A stretch of 57,265 nt of DNA, filler included, from Sphacelaria rigidula (taxonomy: Eukaryota), in assembly GCA_964200075.2 (NCBI GenBank). It is 7 parts of 7 records of this genome, joined end to end, with 100 filler letters (N's around TTAATTAATTAA, not from the genome) between each part and the next. Parts side by side here need not be neighbours in the genome. Positions count along the whole stretch, not along the records: positions 24,586 to 32,680 come from CAXNAA020012320.1; positions 32,781 to 40,875 come from CAXNAA020012321.1; 5 more parts are not named here. The stretch is one strand, 5' to 3'. Position 1 is the stretch's first letter. Each line of letters begins with the position of its first letter. Positions 24,720-37,674 of this stretch are shown here, piece by piece. Under the pieces are notes generated by a model that saw only the letters and a program-made list of their open reading frames with translations, was not told the origin of the DNA and searched no databases. The translations under genes were made by a program, and so were the position numbers.

Positions 24720-26545
24720 CAGGGTTAAGACCATCGTTTATGGCAGCCAACGAACTCGATTTTTACGCAGATGGGGGAAAAAAAATCGGGGAACGTATTT
24801 TATGGACCCCAATATCGGGGAAAATCATGGTGTCACGATTTCAGAACCATTTCATCCGATTTTTCCGGCGGGAATCGGAGGTCCCCCCGATTTCGAGGAG
24901 GTGAAGTACGGGAACTGTCATGGAATGGTAGAGTGCGAGGCGTTCGATATTTTTGCAACCGTAGCAGAAGCCAGTCTCGTGACAGGGCGTGCCTGCCCGC
25001 GCCAGCTGCTGCAGCAGCTTGACGGGGTTTGACGAATGGATAATGAGTGTTGATGCCGCACTCTGTGACAATGGTAATATCCTATGCTGCACCGCGCTGC
25101 CATATGTATCACTATACCGAACGGTGCTGTACTCTCCTAGTCTGTTGTCGCTGTATAATTGCAGGGTTATGTATCGCACTGGCCTACTGAACTCTTCTTC
25201 GGCACTGATTGTTCACCTTTTTCGCAATACCGACTGTACCATCATGTACTGCCACACGGCATTATCATGTACTGTGACAATGGAGTGTCATGCACTGTAT
25301 TGCCCCAGGGTACCATAGTACGACACAGTACTCGAAGGGTTATCCACCGCCTGCCTGCCCTTCGGCTTCATGCACGAGTACGCAATACCACACTCATGCA
25401 GAGAACCACTGTGTGCAAAATTCTTTCACAAACCTGTGATACCATAAGGCGGTCTCCCCGATTTTGACTTCGCGAACTTGAGTCCCCGTCTAAAAAAATC
25501 CAGATATGTTGCCATAAAAGATGGTCTTACACATCGTCTCATCGACGGGCAACAGTGATTTCTACGTTTGTTCTTCATATTATCGATGCTGTCATATGCC
25601 TTCATAGGTAGTTCTTGGTTTGGCAGAATCAGTGTCTTCTGCGTCGCTAAGATTCTTCATCTTCGGTCGAGTTTTGTCTACGTTTGAGGGTTGAAATGAG
25701 TTCATTTTGGGCAGATATCTCAGACGGATGATGGGCGGTAGTTGGCGGTTATTCTTAATTTCAGCTCTGTACGATCAGTGTCTTCTGCTTCGTTTCGCTT
25801 GTTGATTTTCCTTCGGGGTTTGTCGTTTTCTGAAGGTTAGATGCGTTCATTTCGCGTAGATTTCTCGGACGGAGATCGGATGGAGCCTCACGGTCACCTT
25901 TCTTGTTGTGCAGGACCAGTGTCTTCTGCCTCGTTTCGATTCTTTTTCGGTCGGGTTTTGTCGTTGTCGACGCTCTTTGAAAGTCCAAAGCGACGAAAAA
26001 GAGGAGAACGAGTCATCTCCGAATAACATCTCCGTGCCAAAAGAGTTATCTCTGACTCATATCTGCGCCTCTGAGCACTCCTGTATGTGGGCGACGGCTG
26101 ATGCCGGTAGGAACACTCCTCATTATCCTTTGCATTGGGAAACGCTCCATTGAGCGGTGACGCGAAGCGCCAATAACCTCGTAGAGATCGTATCAGTTAC
26201 AACTGTTCTGAGATTCGTTCCCTGCAGACAGGTGTCTTGATGCTGCATTTCTTCACTTGATTTCAGACTACATATCTTTCGGGACCACTTTTTTCTATGA
26301 AGCTCTGAGAAGCCAGCACTTATTTTTACTTGATTTCGGACTACACTATGTCGGTGAATACACGTATCAGCCTTTTGGCTTGCATTTCGCTGGACATTAC
26401 GGCACGTTCTGGTTCTGCTTGGCTTTGGAGTGCATGCACTTCCCGCGCTGTGTTCTGCATGGTGTTTTGACGTTGAGATGCATTCCGTTTGATGCATTTC
26501 CTCGCTGGGCGTCTCGGTGGACCCTTCGGCCACCGGAGATGCCAC
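24720..26545 (+). repeat. ~1.8-kb non-coding interspersed repeat (copy 1)
   Basis: Colinear with 47130-48953 (e.g. CCCCAGGGTACCATAGTACGACAC, CATCGTCTCATCGACGGGCAACAGTGA). A diverged inverted partial copy lies at ~44840-45390. Internal CAGTGTCTTCTGC subrepeats. Confidence 0.9.
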
Positions 26546-27305
26546 CGCTCGACCGCACACGGGCCGAATCCAATCGTGTAACTGGCATCGTTTTCACTTG
26601 GTAACTGAATCGGCATCATGCTCAGTTGAATCGGAACTGTACAAAGCGGCAAAGTGCCATCGCTCTCGGTTTGTCTCGGGGCACACCCCAAGCATCTTGT
26701 GATCTTGCTCGCTTGTCGCATCGTCTCGACTGTACTTCCCTTTTACCGTCTCTGGACTGCTGCTCTACCGTACATACGACAATTTTCATCATGAGGCGCT
26801 CAAAGCAACGGCTTCTACTTGTTCAGATTTGAGTCGTGTAAACGGCTTTTTGCGAGGTCGTAACTCTTTGACCGTGAGCATGGCTCATCTGTGAAATCAG
26901 TATCGGTTTTGCGTGGAAAACACACTGCATGAGCGGATGACCTACCCTCGCGGTCTCAGGGATAAGCAGGATAAACGACGGGCTCAGCTGATGAGCAGCT
27001 ACGGTTTGTTTTTTCCAAGTATGAACTGTGCCACTATACAACGCCCGCAATTAGCACCGGTTCCCGCACGTCTCACACAAATAATCGTTTCTCATTGGAT
27101 TCTGAACAGATCTAATCAAGGTCACGCACAGCTCCAGTAATGACCATCTATGACTCGAGCTGTGTGTTTCCTTTTGGCGGGGGCAATGAGTTCCAGAGGG
27201 TCACCCTGGATAATGTTGGGTTGTTTGTCAACTGTCGAGCCTTTGCATGTATCCTTGTGAACGTGACACCCATGTTCCTCTTCAGATTACAAACGCCGCA
27301 AAACA

Positions 27306-27557
27306 ATTCAACACATCGGACAGCTCATGAGCTACGTGAGTACAGATCCGCATCATGAGCTAGCTCATTTGATCATTATTTCCGTATGAGCTCCCGACAG
27401 CGATGGGTGTCGAGCATGCGGTGTAGCGGGAAGGTGACGCTTTGGCTTCTCGGACACTGCTATCACGTGTTTTGGGTTTTTGTACAATGAGTCTGAGAGT
27501 TCTGTTCGACGAGATATTTCAGATATAGTAGCTCATGAGCTGTCCGGCGTGTGAAAT
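27306..27557. mobile_element. ~250-bp MITE-like element with ~30-bp inverted ends
   Basis: ATTCAACACATCGGACAGCTCATGAGCTAC pairs with GTAGCTCATGAGCTGTCCGGCGTGTGAAAT. Confidence 0.65.
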
Positions 27558-30256
27558 ATTCATTTCTGGAATCGGCGTCACCTTCGAGATTTAATCGTAT
27601 TGCACAACATGCTTAGCTGGTGAGCAGCCACGGCCTCTCCAAACTATGACCTTCGCGATTCCGCAGCGCACAAAGCTATCACTGGTGCTCATGTATCTTG
27701 GACGTCGATCTACTGATCGTGGCGGCGAAGCCGCCAAAACTCTCCTTTATATATTTGGACAGGGTAGATCAGATCCAGGCAAGGCAGACTATCTGCTGAG
27801 GAGCTCGCCTGGTGCCCGACAGACTTGCCAGATAGCCTGCAAGTTGTTCATCAAGTGAATGCTTGGCCTCCGTACTACTACTGTAGTGAGTACTTACTAG
27901 GCCAGATATCAAATGTCGGCTTCATAAAGGAATGTATGATTCGTCGAAGAGTACCGCCATGAATGCATAATTTATCTCCCGGGTCACGCCCCCTCGCAAG
28001 CATACCCGTTCAAGGCCCACATTCCGTTAACAACGAACCATGCTCGGAATCCGAACCCCACGTCTCTTGTTCCTCACGGAGGCGATTGATCTCTGCAGCA
28101 CTGAGGATCTCCGCTTTAGGAACAGCGTTAAAATACTCTGGGATCACCTGGGATCACCCAATGTCTCGCCGAGTCACGGTTCACAAACTGAACTTGATCA
28201 GATGGCGTGGTGCTTGTGACACAAGAAATGAAGCAACACTGAGGGAGGTCGCGGAGGAGAGGGGAGGGGGGCACGGCAGTCTCGCCTATGATGCCCGATA
28301 TATTCGGACATCCTCCCAAAGGCCTCAGCGGTCATCACATCAACATACCTCGAACGGTCGACTATATTCCGGGAAGCATCCCTCAATGATGTCACGCGGT
28401 ATCACGCCAGCACATCCCCGAACAGCCAAATACAGTCGCAAATATACATATGCACAAACGCTGCGTGCGTTACACCGTGCTTTACGGGAGGTAGTCAATC
28501 CGCCTGTTTGAGTCCACACAAGCGACGATGGTGTCCGTCCTGAGGCTCTGCTAGCCGAGCGTGTGACTGTTCTCGACCAATCTCAGCACTCAATGTGATG
28601 AAGGCATACTCCGTCCGTACTGTCCACCGTTGGAATTGAATGACAGAGACCCACACTCTTTCCTTCGAAGCGTCGTAGCCTCAAGTAAGACGTCGGAACC
28701 TCCCCATTCCGCCGGGCTCGACACTCATTCCCATTCTCCTGACATCTACCATATTGCAGCAGGATTTTTGTCCCTGCACGTGATTTCGAATCGTTTCCCT
28801 GAAGTTGGAGACGACAGAAGACGCTGTCAGTCGTTGTACGCGAGACCATTCGGTCACGCCAACACCCGAATCAACGAGAGCCACCGCTGTAGTATACACC
28901 AACACCCATCATAGACGGATGTATGAGTTCCACCAGCCACCGGTAGTGTAATGTTGCACGGTGAAGTACGGGGTTGTATGGAATGGTCTTGAGTTGCACA
29001 GCTCTCTGTTCGGCACACGCCGCGAATCCACCCGACGTGTGCACATGTTGGGGTATGCAGTGCAACATCTGTGAATGACGACACGAGTCAGCTACCGACT
29101 TTAAGAACGTGTGAATGCCCCCTACAGTTCGTACCAGGAACTTCGGTGTACCTGCCAATAAAATGACAAAGGGTGCAATAACGACACCTCGAAACAACCT
29201 TTTGATTGTGCGCACTACCTAATGCTGCCCCTTATTCTTCCGCACTGTGTCTACCGTGTGTCTGGAAGGCTACGGCGATTTATGACCATCTGGAGGCGCT
29301 CCTCCGCACAGCGTCCGAGGGAGATCGATGGACGTTTGAGCACACCGTCCGCCCCGAGTTTGAGGCAAGATGGTGAGAGCGCAAGTTCAACGAGCCTAAA
29401 TATCTACGGAAAATCCTTGCTGATTGGAACGATGGAAAGAGCGAGACTCTGGTTCGGTCGAAAATATCGCTTGCTCGTAGCCCGTGCTGTTTGCTCTGTT
29501 TTGAGAATGTAGTGTCGACGTAAAACAATTAGTAGTAGGTCGACAGTTACACGCAGGCCGTGTGCCAATCGGCATTGGTCACATGTTTCAAAATACATTC
29601 GAAGTTTAGTCGCAGCTAGCACCCATACACCGTAATGCGTGCAGTAGCGGCTGCCCTATCGTTGTCAGCATTGTGATCACGATCACGCTGTCGAAACACC
29701 GATCCCCGTCGCTTGCGTCTAGAGGAATCTAGCGCATTGAGCGTGTACGACGGCATTGCTGCAGCGATGACGCGGACCACGCTCGCAGAGTCTACCACAT
29801 CAGAGAATGTGGAGCAAACAATGCGAAGAACGTCGTGGATGAAGACGGAGAGGTCGGTTGACTACGTGGTGCACTAAATGCCGTACTTCTGGTGGTGTTT
29901 CGAACGATTGAAAGCTGGATAATCCTCCTCATTCTCTACGACGCACGCTACCAGTACCTCTGCACCTGCTCGAGTTCCCACAAGACATTTGGCAAGGTCC
30001 CACAACCACACGATGTGATCTAATCGGCACGAAACGCTTGTGCGCGACCGTGGAACACATACAGCCTCAAAAACACTGTTCGTGAACGCTTGAGGAACGG
30101 TGAAATGTGCAATGACGACAGCCTCTGCAAGAAGACAGCGATGCAAGAAATACAACCGAAGATCAATGCACAAATACATTATCAACGTCGGCGCCATTCT
30201 CGCTTGACCCTTCCCACCCCCTCTGTATTATTTTCTTCATCGTGCATACCTTCTAG

Positions 30257-30350
30257 GCGTGACCCGGAGTACCTCGACCTCATCACCGAGAACGTCGAGT
30301 CGCACTTCGGCGTCACCATTATCTACCCCCCTGAGGACCATGAGTGCTGA
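30257..30350 (+). CDS. Candidate terminal exon of an unidentified gene
   Basis: Long pyrimidine tract then TAG|G. Encodes RDPEYLDLITENVESHFGVTIIYPPEDHEC* with strong C/G third-position bias relative to the flanks. Confidence 0.6.
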
Positions 30351-30594
30351 GGGATCCCTAACGTCCCAGCGGGGGATTGTACGACACCGGGCATACGCGC
30401 AAGTCGGTTTTATGATTTATTTTTACATACCTCGACCTAAATATCTGTGAGAGTGTCGCCTGGTCGGGCATAGAGAAAAAAGAAAAAAAAAACATTATAC
30501 AAAGAGCCGAGCGGCTGAAGATACCTGTCGGAGTTCGGCCCTCGGAGGAGGTACACCAGCCAATGGAAACAATTCTCCCGTGCAATCGAGGACA

Positions 30595-32680
30595 ACGGCG
30601 AACCCGGGCCCCGGGGTACCGACAACATGGGACGTGATGGTGCCCACCGACTGTCGTGCAGCAACAGGACCAGGCACCTGTTGTTGATGACAACTCCGAC
30701 ACCATCACCGCAATGTGCCAAGATGTCATTTTTTATTTATTCACCTCTAAGGCAGCGGGACCGGGCCCCGGGTTATCGGCAACATGGGGCTCGATCGTCC
30801 CCTACCTACTTCTGTTCAGCAACAGCCCCAGACACCCGTTGGCAGCAACTCCGACGCCATCATCGGACGGTGACTGCATGTTTTCATTTGTTCTTTGACT
30901 TTGAACGCGGCGCGACCGGGCCCCGCGTTATCGGCAACATGAGGCTCGATCGTGCCCTACGTACTCGCGTACAGCAACCGGACCAGACACCCGTTGGCTT
31001 CAACGGCGACGCCATCATCGGACGATGACGGCATGTTTTTATTTGTTAGTTTACTTCGAGCGCGGCGCGACCGGGCCGGCGTTATCGCAACATGGGGCTC
31101 GATCGTGCCCTACGCACTGGCGTGCAGCAACCGGACCAGACACCTGTTGGCTTCAACGGCGACGCCACCATCGGACGGTGATGGCATGTTCTATTTTGTT
31201 AATTTACTTCGAGCGCGGCGCGATCGGGCCCCGCGTTATCGTAACATGGGGCTCGATCGTGCCCTACGTACTCGCGTGCAGCAACCGGACCAGACACCTG
31301 TTGGCAGCAACGGCGACCCCGTCATCGGACGGTGCCTGCATGCTTTCATTTGTGAGTTTACTCGGAACGCGGCGGAACTCGATTCCGCATTGTCGGCAAC
31401 ATGGGGCCCGATCGTGCCCGACGTACTGGCGTGCAGCAACCGGACCAGACACCTGTTGGCAGCAACTCCGACGCCGTCATCGCAGGGTGACCGCATGCTT
31501 CTCTTCGTTTTTTCATTTCAAGTGCCGCGGCACCGGCCGCCGCGTCGCTTGCAACATGGCGGCTAATCGTGCCCTACGTACTGGCGTGCAGCTTCCGGAC
31601 CAGACACTTGTTGGCAGCAACTCCGACGCCGTCATCGGACGGTGCCTGCATGCTTTCATTCGTGAGTTTACTCGGAACGCGGCGGAATTCGATCCCGCAT
31701 TGTCGGCAACATGGGGCCCGATCGTGCCCTACGTACTGGCGTGCAGCCACCGGACCAGACACCTGTTGGCAGCAACTCCGACGCCGTCATCGCAGGGTGA
31801 TCGCATGCTTTTATTCGTTTTTTCATTTCAAGTGCCGCGGCACCGGGCGCTGCGTCACTTGGGACATGGCGCCTGATCGTGCCCTACGTACTGGCGTGCG
31901 GCTTCCGAACCAGATATCTGCTGGCAGCAACTCCGACGCCATCATCGGACGGTGTCTGCATGTTTTCATCTATAAATTTACTTCGAGCGCGGCGGGTCCG
32001 GGCGCCGCGTTACCGGCAACATGGGGATCGATCGTGCCCTACGTACTCGTGTGCAGCACCCGGACCAGACGCCTGTTGGCAGCAACTCCGACGCCGTCAT
32101 CCGAACCGGACTGCATTTGTTCAATTGTTTTTTCACTCGGGACGCGGCGGGATTCGATCCCGCATTATCGGCAACATGGCGCCCGATCGTGCCCTACGTA
32201 CTGGCGTGCAGCAACCGGCTCAGACACCTGTTGGCAGCAACGGCGACGCCATCATCGGACGGTGACCGCATGCTTCAATTTGTTTCTTCATACCGAACGC
32301 GGCGGCACCGGGCGCCGCGTCACTTGGAACATGGCGCCCAATCGTGCCCTACGTACTGGCGTGCAGCAACCGGACCAAACACCTGTTGGCAGCAACTCCG
32401 ACGCCGTCATCGGATGGTGCCTGCATGTTATCATTTGTAAGTTAACTTCAAGCGCGGCGGGACCGGACCCCGCGTTACCGGCAACATGGGGATCGATCGT
32501 GCCTGACGTACTGGCGTGCAGCGTCCGGACCAGACACCTGTTGGCAGCAACTCCGACGCCATCATTGGACGGTGTCTGCATGTTATCATTTGTTAGTTTA
32601 CTTCAAGCGCGGCGGGACCGGACCCCGCGTTACCGGCAACATGGGGATCGATCGTGCCCTACGTACTGGCGTGCAGCATC
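30595..32680. repeat. 155-bp tandem satellite, at least 13.5 units, truncated at the segment end
   Basis: The AACATG anchor occurs at 30624, 30781, 30936, 31089, 31243, 31398, 31553, 31708, 31863, 32018, 32173, 32328, 32483 and 32638. Confidence 0.97.
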
Positions 32681-32780
32681 NNNNNNNNNNNNNNNNNNNN
32701 NNNNNNNNNNNNNNNNNNNNNNNNTTAATTAATTAANNNNNNNNNNNNNNNNNNNNNNNNNNNNNNNNNNNNNNNNNNNN
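32681..32780. other. Artificial contig linker
   Basis: 44 N + TTAATTAATTAA + 44 N. Confidence 0.99.
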
Positions 32781-32996
32781 TATACTAAAACCAAGTAATT
32801 TCCTGACGGATCATTATTTGTCCAACCCGTGAACCAATTGGAGTGAAATATCATGGTTTTGGTGAATCCCCGGCAGAGGTTGGTTAATTTTTTTTTTTTT
32901 TTTATGAGAAATACCTGGTTTTCGTCTTCCAAGATGTTGGGGCGTGAGTAGCAGAGAGAAAGTATTTGGTCAGAGTCGACGCGGCACGGGAGAAAA

Positions 32997-33270
32997 TCAA
33001 GGGCTGGACGGATTGATGATTCGTCTGGAAATTGCTTGATTTTAGTGTAATCGATTCGTACAATACGAATCAATCCTTGGGCCTTGTTTTCAGCGTCGTT
33101 GCAACCCAGGTACGCGCAGCCCAGGCACGTGGAATGGCGCGCAAAAATTGCGTGGAGACCTGTTTGACCAGTGGTCGACTTTTCCCCCCCTTGATCTCTT
33201 TCGAGCAATCAGGCCTAAGGAATCGTGGATTTGGTGATTCGAATCGGCGATGATTCGTCCGAACCGTGGG
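32997..33270 (-). mobile_element. MITE, second copy of the 16721-16980 family
   Basis: Reverse-complement homology. Both copies translate to the pseudo-peptide CLGCAYLxCN(D)AENKAQ. Confidence 0.75.
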
Positions 33271-33551
33271 TTATTGATTCCATCCGCGATGCCAAAATGT
33301 GAGGCGTGTGCCGGAGAAGATGGGTTAAACCGTACTCTCTGTAAGGCTGCGGGCTGACCCCGAGGAAGGGAAGGGGGTGAACGGATGACAGAAACCGAAC
33401 AATCCTGACGACCGTCTGTGTGTGTGTCCAGGAGACCCAAAATCCACAAGGCATGCTCTCTTCTGACCGCCTTCCCTGAAGAAGAGTATATACTTGGGTG
33501 CTTACTATTGGTCGACCCTCCGTTTGTTTTCTACGCTGCTTTCACCCGCAG

Positions 33552-33644
33552 GCGAAGACGAAGATGATCAACAGCACGAACGAGCGACAAGCGGCGGCGA
33601 AATGCTTCCAGAACCAGGAAAAGCTCTTCCTCACAGATGTCAAG
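33552..33644 (+). CDS. Internal exon (phase 0/0) of a predicted coiled-coil protein
   Basis: TTTCACCCGCAG|GCG...AAG|GTGCGG, 93 nt. Encodes AKTKMINSTNERQAAAKCFQNQEKLFLTDVK. Confidence 0.65.
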
Positions 33645-34104
33645 GTGCGGTACGCCTTACCGTGCTGCGGGGTGTTGCTCCATGAATTGACAGCCTCGAG
33701 GCTTCCCGACCTCTGGGAAGATGAGATACTCCGCAGTGTAGCAGCTGTTTGGTGTGGGCCAATGGTCATGGGATGGTGCACTCAGCCCCTTTACTTCCGT
33801 GATTATATTGCACGCTTTAGAGAGATTTTTGGTGGTTACTCGCCGCGCTCGTCTCGCTCATCTTTTTACCCTTTTTTTGTTTTCGTGAATCGGCATCATT
33901 TGATCTGAAAATGACTGAAATTGATGCCGATTCACAAAAATAAAGATCGACAGTGGGTTCCAAAAGGGTTAACTTGGGTCACATGTTCATCGTGCCCCTT
34001 GATGGCGTTGCTAATGACAGGGCGAGGTTGCGTTATTGCCGTCATCTGGCCGTTGTAAACCACGGATATGATTAGTTTTTCTAGGAGACAAGGGTGGAAC
34101 TGTA

Positions 34105-34540
34105 TCAAGGGTAGGACTCTGAGTACCCGGTCATGTTCCCCGGGTACTTACTTTATCCGGGTTTTGGGTGATTTGTGTACGATTTCAATACTCTACTGCC
34201 CAAAAATTGGGTCGACTTGGGTACAATTTCAGTACTCTACCCAAATGTTGAGTAGAGTTAAGTATGATATCACAACCCTACCCCAAAATTGGGTATGTAG
34301 TCGCAGCAATACCCGGGCATAGCGTATCACTTGGGTATGACCTCAATACTCTTCCCAAATGTTGTGGTAGGATCTCAATACTGTACCGAAAAAACGGGTA
34401 CGTGATCTCAGCGATATCCGGGTATAAAGTATCACTTGAGTATGATCTCTTTACTCCTGCTATTTGTTTTTCAAGTCACTAGAAGCATGAGTTTTCAAAA
34501 TACTCAGATATAGGGTAAATCCTACCCGACCTACCCTTGA
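34105..34540. mobile_element. MITE with a perfect 11-bp TIR and internal degenerate tandem repeats
   Basis: TCAAGGGTAGG ... CCTACCCTTGA. Internal TCAATACTCTACCCAAA-like units. Confidence 0.7.
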
Positions 34541-34700
34541 ACAATTTGTACCCCGGCGGTACTGCACTACTGTACCGTACGTCGAGGAGGAAGAAGTGTT
34601 GAATGCTTCGCATGGCTCACTACGCGCGTCTTAGAACAGACGCTTTGCTTGATCTACTTTCACCGAAGACCTGTGACACACGCATAATTCTCTGCTGCAG

Positions 34701-34796
34701 GAATCTGGTCGAGAGCTGGCGCGGGATATCAAGCGAAAAGCCCTGACGCGAAAAAAGACGCGTATCGAAGAAAAGCTCATCAAGGCCAAGGAGAAG
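34701..34796 (+). CDS. Internal exon (phase 0/0), same gene as 33552-33644
   Basis: TTCTCTGCTGCAG|GAA...AAG|GTAGG, 96 nt. Encodes ESGRELARDIKRKALTRKKTRIEEKLIKAKEK. Absent from the ORF track. Confidence 0.65.
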
Positions 34797-36881
34797 GTAG
34801 GCACATTCACCGTTCACACCGTACGAGATCTCTTGAAAGCAATACGCTGCGCCTTTCACCCCCCGCCTTGTTGAGCCTGCGATTTTCATAACTGTGTTGT
34901 GTTGGCGCATGATGGATGGCGTATTGCAAACGATACTGTTGGATAAGGTCATTGGCTAGTGTATCCGCGTGTTCGTCCCAGTCCGAGCCTCCTTCGCAGG
35001 ATCGAAACCTTACCTTTCTTCTTTTGAAGCACCGGTTGGTTTTACCGCGGGCACAAGCGCCGCGTGTACTTGAAGGCATACGACATATGTATTTGGCTGT
35101 CATGGCATGCACAACGTTCTATGAAGACCTATCTGACTGACTCGTCTACGGTGTTAGATGAAGGTGCAGTTGCAATAACACGCTCTACAGAAGTAGTTGA
35201 CACCTCCAATAGTTGCAAAGGCTTGCTGCGGTTGTAGCAGCCAAGATACTGACTTCGTTTCCCCCCCTTACCAGAGAGTCGTGGCCAGAAAAGCGTAAAT
35301 CTCGTAAGGGGGGAAACGGCAAGTGTGGTCTTATCAGGGCGCACGACGACCTGGAATCGACTCGATTTTCTTTGTTTTTGCCGTGAACATGCAGCGGTGC
35401 TTCCATTCTATACCTGCACTGACTGCTACAAAAACGGAAGACAACAAGCTGGATAGTGCTGAGGGTAGGCTAGCTCCGAAGTTTTCGGGTAATACAGCAG
35501 AGCTGTTCTGAACCCTAACGCGGACTTCTCTACATGGTGCGGTGTGGTCCCTAGGCACCGGTCATTTTTGTCCACTGTTCAACTTCCACCTCTCTGACTC
35601 GCGGTCGACTCGAATCAAGCTCTATCACGGTTCGGACGAATCAGAGTTGATACGAGTTGACCCCCCCCAAATGTCTACAGGCTGATCCACGGTGATCACC
35701 CAAAATTGTGTCATCAGCAAATGTCTTCCGCAATACGCACCCAATGGTCGCATATATAGTATCATACTGACCGCAATGAAGAGACGAAGAGGGTGACATA
35801 GCCGGATTTCTGTTCAATGCCGTAGCGGTGGCGCTATGGATGAAAATGTGTCTCAGCCAATCAGCGCCCGTCAAACTGTTTCGAGATCTGAATTACGAAT
35901 ACCAAGCCTAATTTTCACTCAATCTCTACATGCTTCAAATCGTAGTAACCGTCATCGACACACGAGAATCTAACGAGAAAATCATATTTTCAAAACGGTT
36001 ACTACGGGGGTCGAATGATACACGGAGTCGTGATGTTTCGGTGATGTCGGGTGTTGGCGTCGTCTAATTTCCACTAATGATACGCACAAAAGACCCAGGG
36101 AGCCTCGTGACGGTGTCCTTTATATCTGTTGTAGAAAAGCTCAGATCGCCCTCAAACTCGGCAGATCCGTAGTTATTGATGCTCAAAATGGAAAAAATTG
36201 TATTGTTGACAATACGTAGTGTTTTCTCCGTTCTCTACCGGCTTCCGGGGGTCTTCATGCTGGGACCCCCGGAAGGCGGTACAGAATGCCCCAAAAGAAA
36301 AATAATGAAGTGATGCGTCCCGGGAGAGTCCAAGAAACATGGGTACAAAGTTTGGTGAAGAAAATCGAAAACCTCATACAGTTTTTCTTGCCTTGACGTC
36401 AAATTCACCCCAAAAGACGTTTCCATACTAAACCCAAGTAGTTAGGAGTTGCACGTTTCAAGCCCACGTTCTCCACAAACGCACAAACTTTCACGCTGTC
36501 ATTAGGAGTTAGATCCTGAAACTTCGCATAAATATGCCATGTATCATTATGCAACTTTTTACGGACGGTGTTTTTTGTATTCGATTTTTTCACCGTTTTT
36601 CGGGGGTCCGACGGGATCGAAGTCGTTTTTTCGAAGTAATCTCCATTCTGGGACCCCAAAAAAAACGGCACTACGATATACATTTTTAATTATTTTCGCG
36701 AACTATCTGCCTCCGCATAACCCAAGGATGGACTCCACAATTTTTCGTCGCAAAACTCGATCAACTGATGCTTGAATTTTCATGTTCATGTCAAAGAAGG
36801 CCCAAAAACGCCGTTTTGGTACTAAAATCAAGTAGTTTGCGGTTTCACCGCGTTACGGCAAACTTCATCGCACAAAAGCCA

Positions 36882-37158
36882 AAAACCTCACGCCGTTTTG
36901 AGGAGTTAGATCCTGAAATTTTGCACAACTGTGCTTTGGGACGTTACGCAACTTTGGAGGAACGTTTTATTTTATTTTTTTTGTTACCGTTTCACTGGGG
37001 TCCGATTGGGTCGAGGTTTCCCCCCCAAAACTGGGACCCCCGAAAAACGGTGAAAAAAGTAAAAACAAAAAAATCCGTTCTTCCACAGTTGCGTCATGAC
37101 CCACAGAACATTCATGTAAAATTTCAGGGTCTAACTCCTCAAAACGGCGTGAGGTTTT
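36882..37158. mobile_element. Foldback MITE with ~130-bp arms
   Basis: Perfect 29-bp terminal IR AAAACCTCACGCCGTTTTGAGGAGTTAGA / TCTAACTCCTCAAAACGGCGTGAGGTTTT. A related partial copy lies at ~36485-36680. Confidence 0.85.
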
Positions 37159-37349
37159 GCCGATGAGTGTTTCGTGGGTGATGAGCGTGAACCAGCCTGT
37201 AATGCGAATCATGTATCAAAGGGTCATGCGGTATGAATCACGGACGATAAAGTTGTACGTTCAAGGTCATACCGCACGACTCAAGAACTGGGAATGTGTA
37301 CACCCCAAGTAGTATCAGGCGAATCAAAAGTGCGTGTACGAATCATAAA

Positions 37350-37605
37350 TACTGTATGAATCACTGGTGGGAAACATGTACACTTGATTCATATTCCATG
37401 AACGGAAAATGGGGAACACATACGCTTGATTTATCTCGTATGAGTGAAAGGTGAGGAATGTGTGCCTTTGATTCATGCTGTATGGACGGAAAATGGGAAA
37501 TATGTACGCTTGACTCATCTCATATGAATTGAAGGTGGGAATTATGCACCTATGATTCATGCTCACGAACGCAAGGTGTACATCATGTACATGAATCACG
37601 TGGTA
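37350..37605. repeat. 42-bp minisatellite, block 1
   Basis: ATGAATGGAAGGTGGGGAACATGTACGCTTGATTCATGCTGT-like units. Confidence 0.85.
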
Positions 37606-37674
37606 AAGCAGTATGAATGGAGGGTTTCGAACTACTGGTGCCTGTTGTCCGCTATACAGACTGTACAGCGCTAT

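Noticed and set aside
24989..25467. Paralogous protein family with 47390-47875
   Set aside because: The similarity is nucleotide repeat homology with inconsistent frames and stops, and there is no domain.
27963..30197. Coding region in the middle of segment 4
   Set aside because: Some fragments look protein-like, but I found no consistent frame, splice pattern or domain, so I cannot support a call.
30595..32680. CRISPR array
   Set aside because: The variable parts are homologous to each other, the unit is 155 bp, there are no cas genes, and the context is eukaryotic.
30952..32732. Long ORFs (204-387 aa) as repeat proteins
   Set aside because: 155 is not a multiple of 3, so each ORF cycles through all three frames of a GC-rich satellite.
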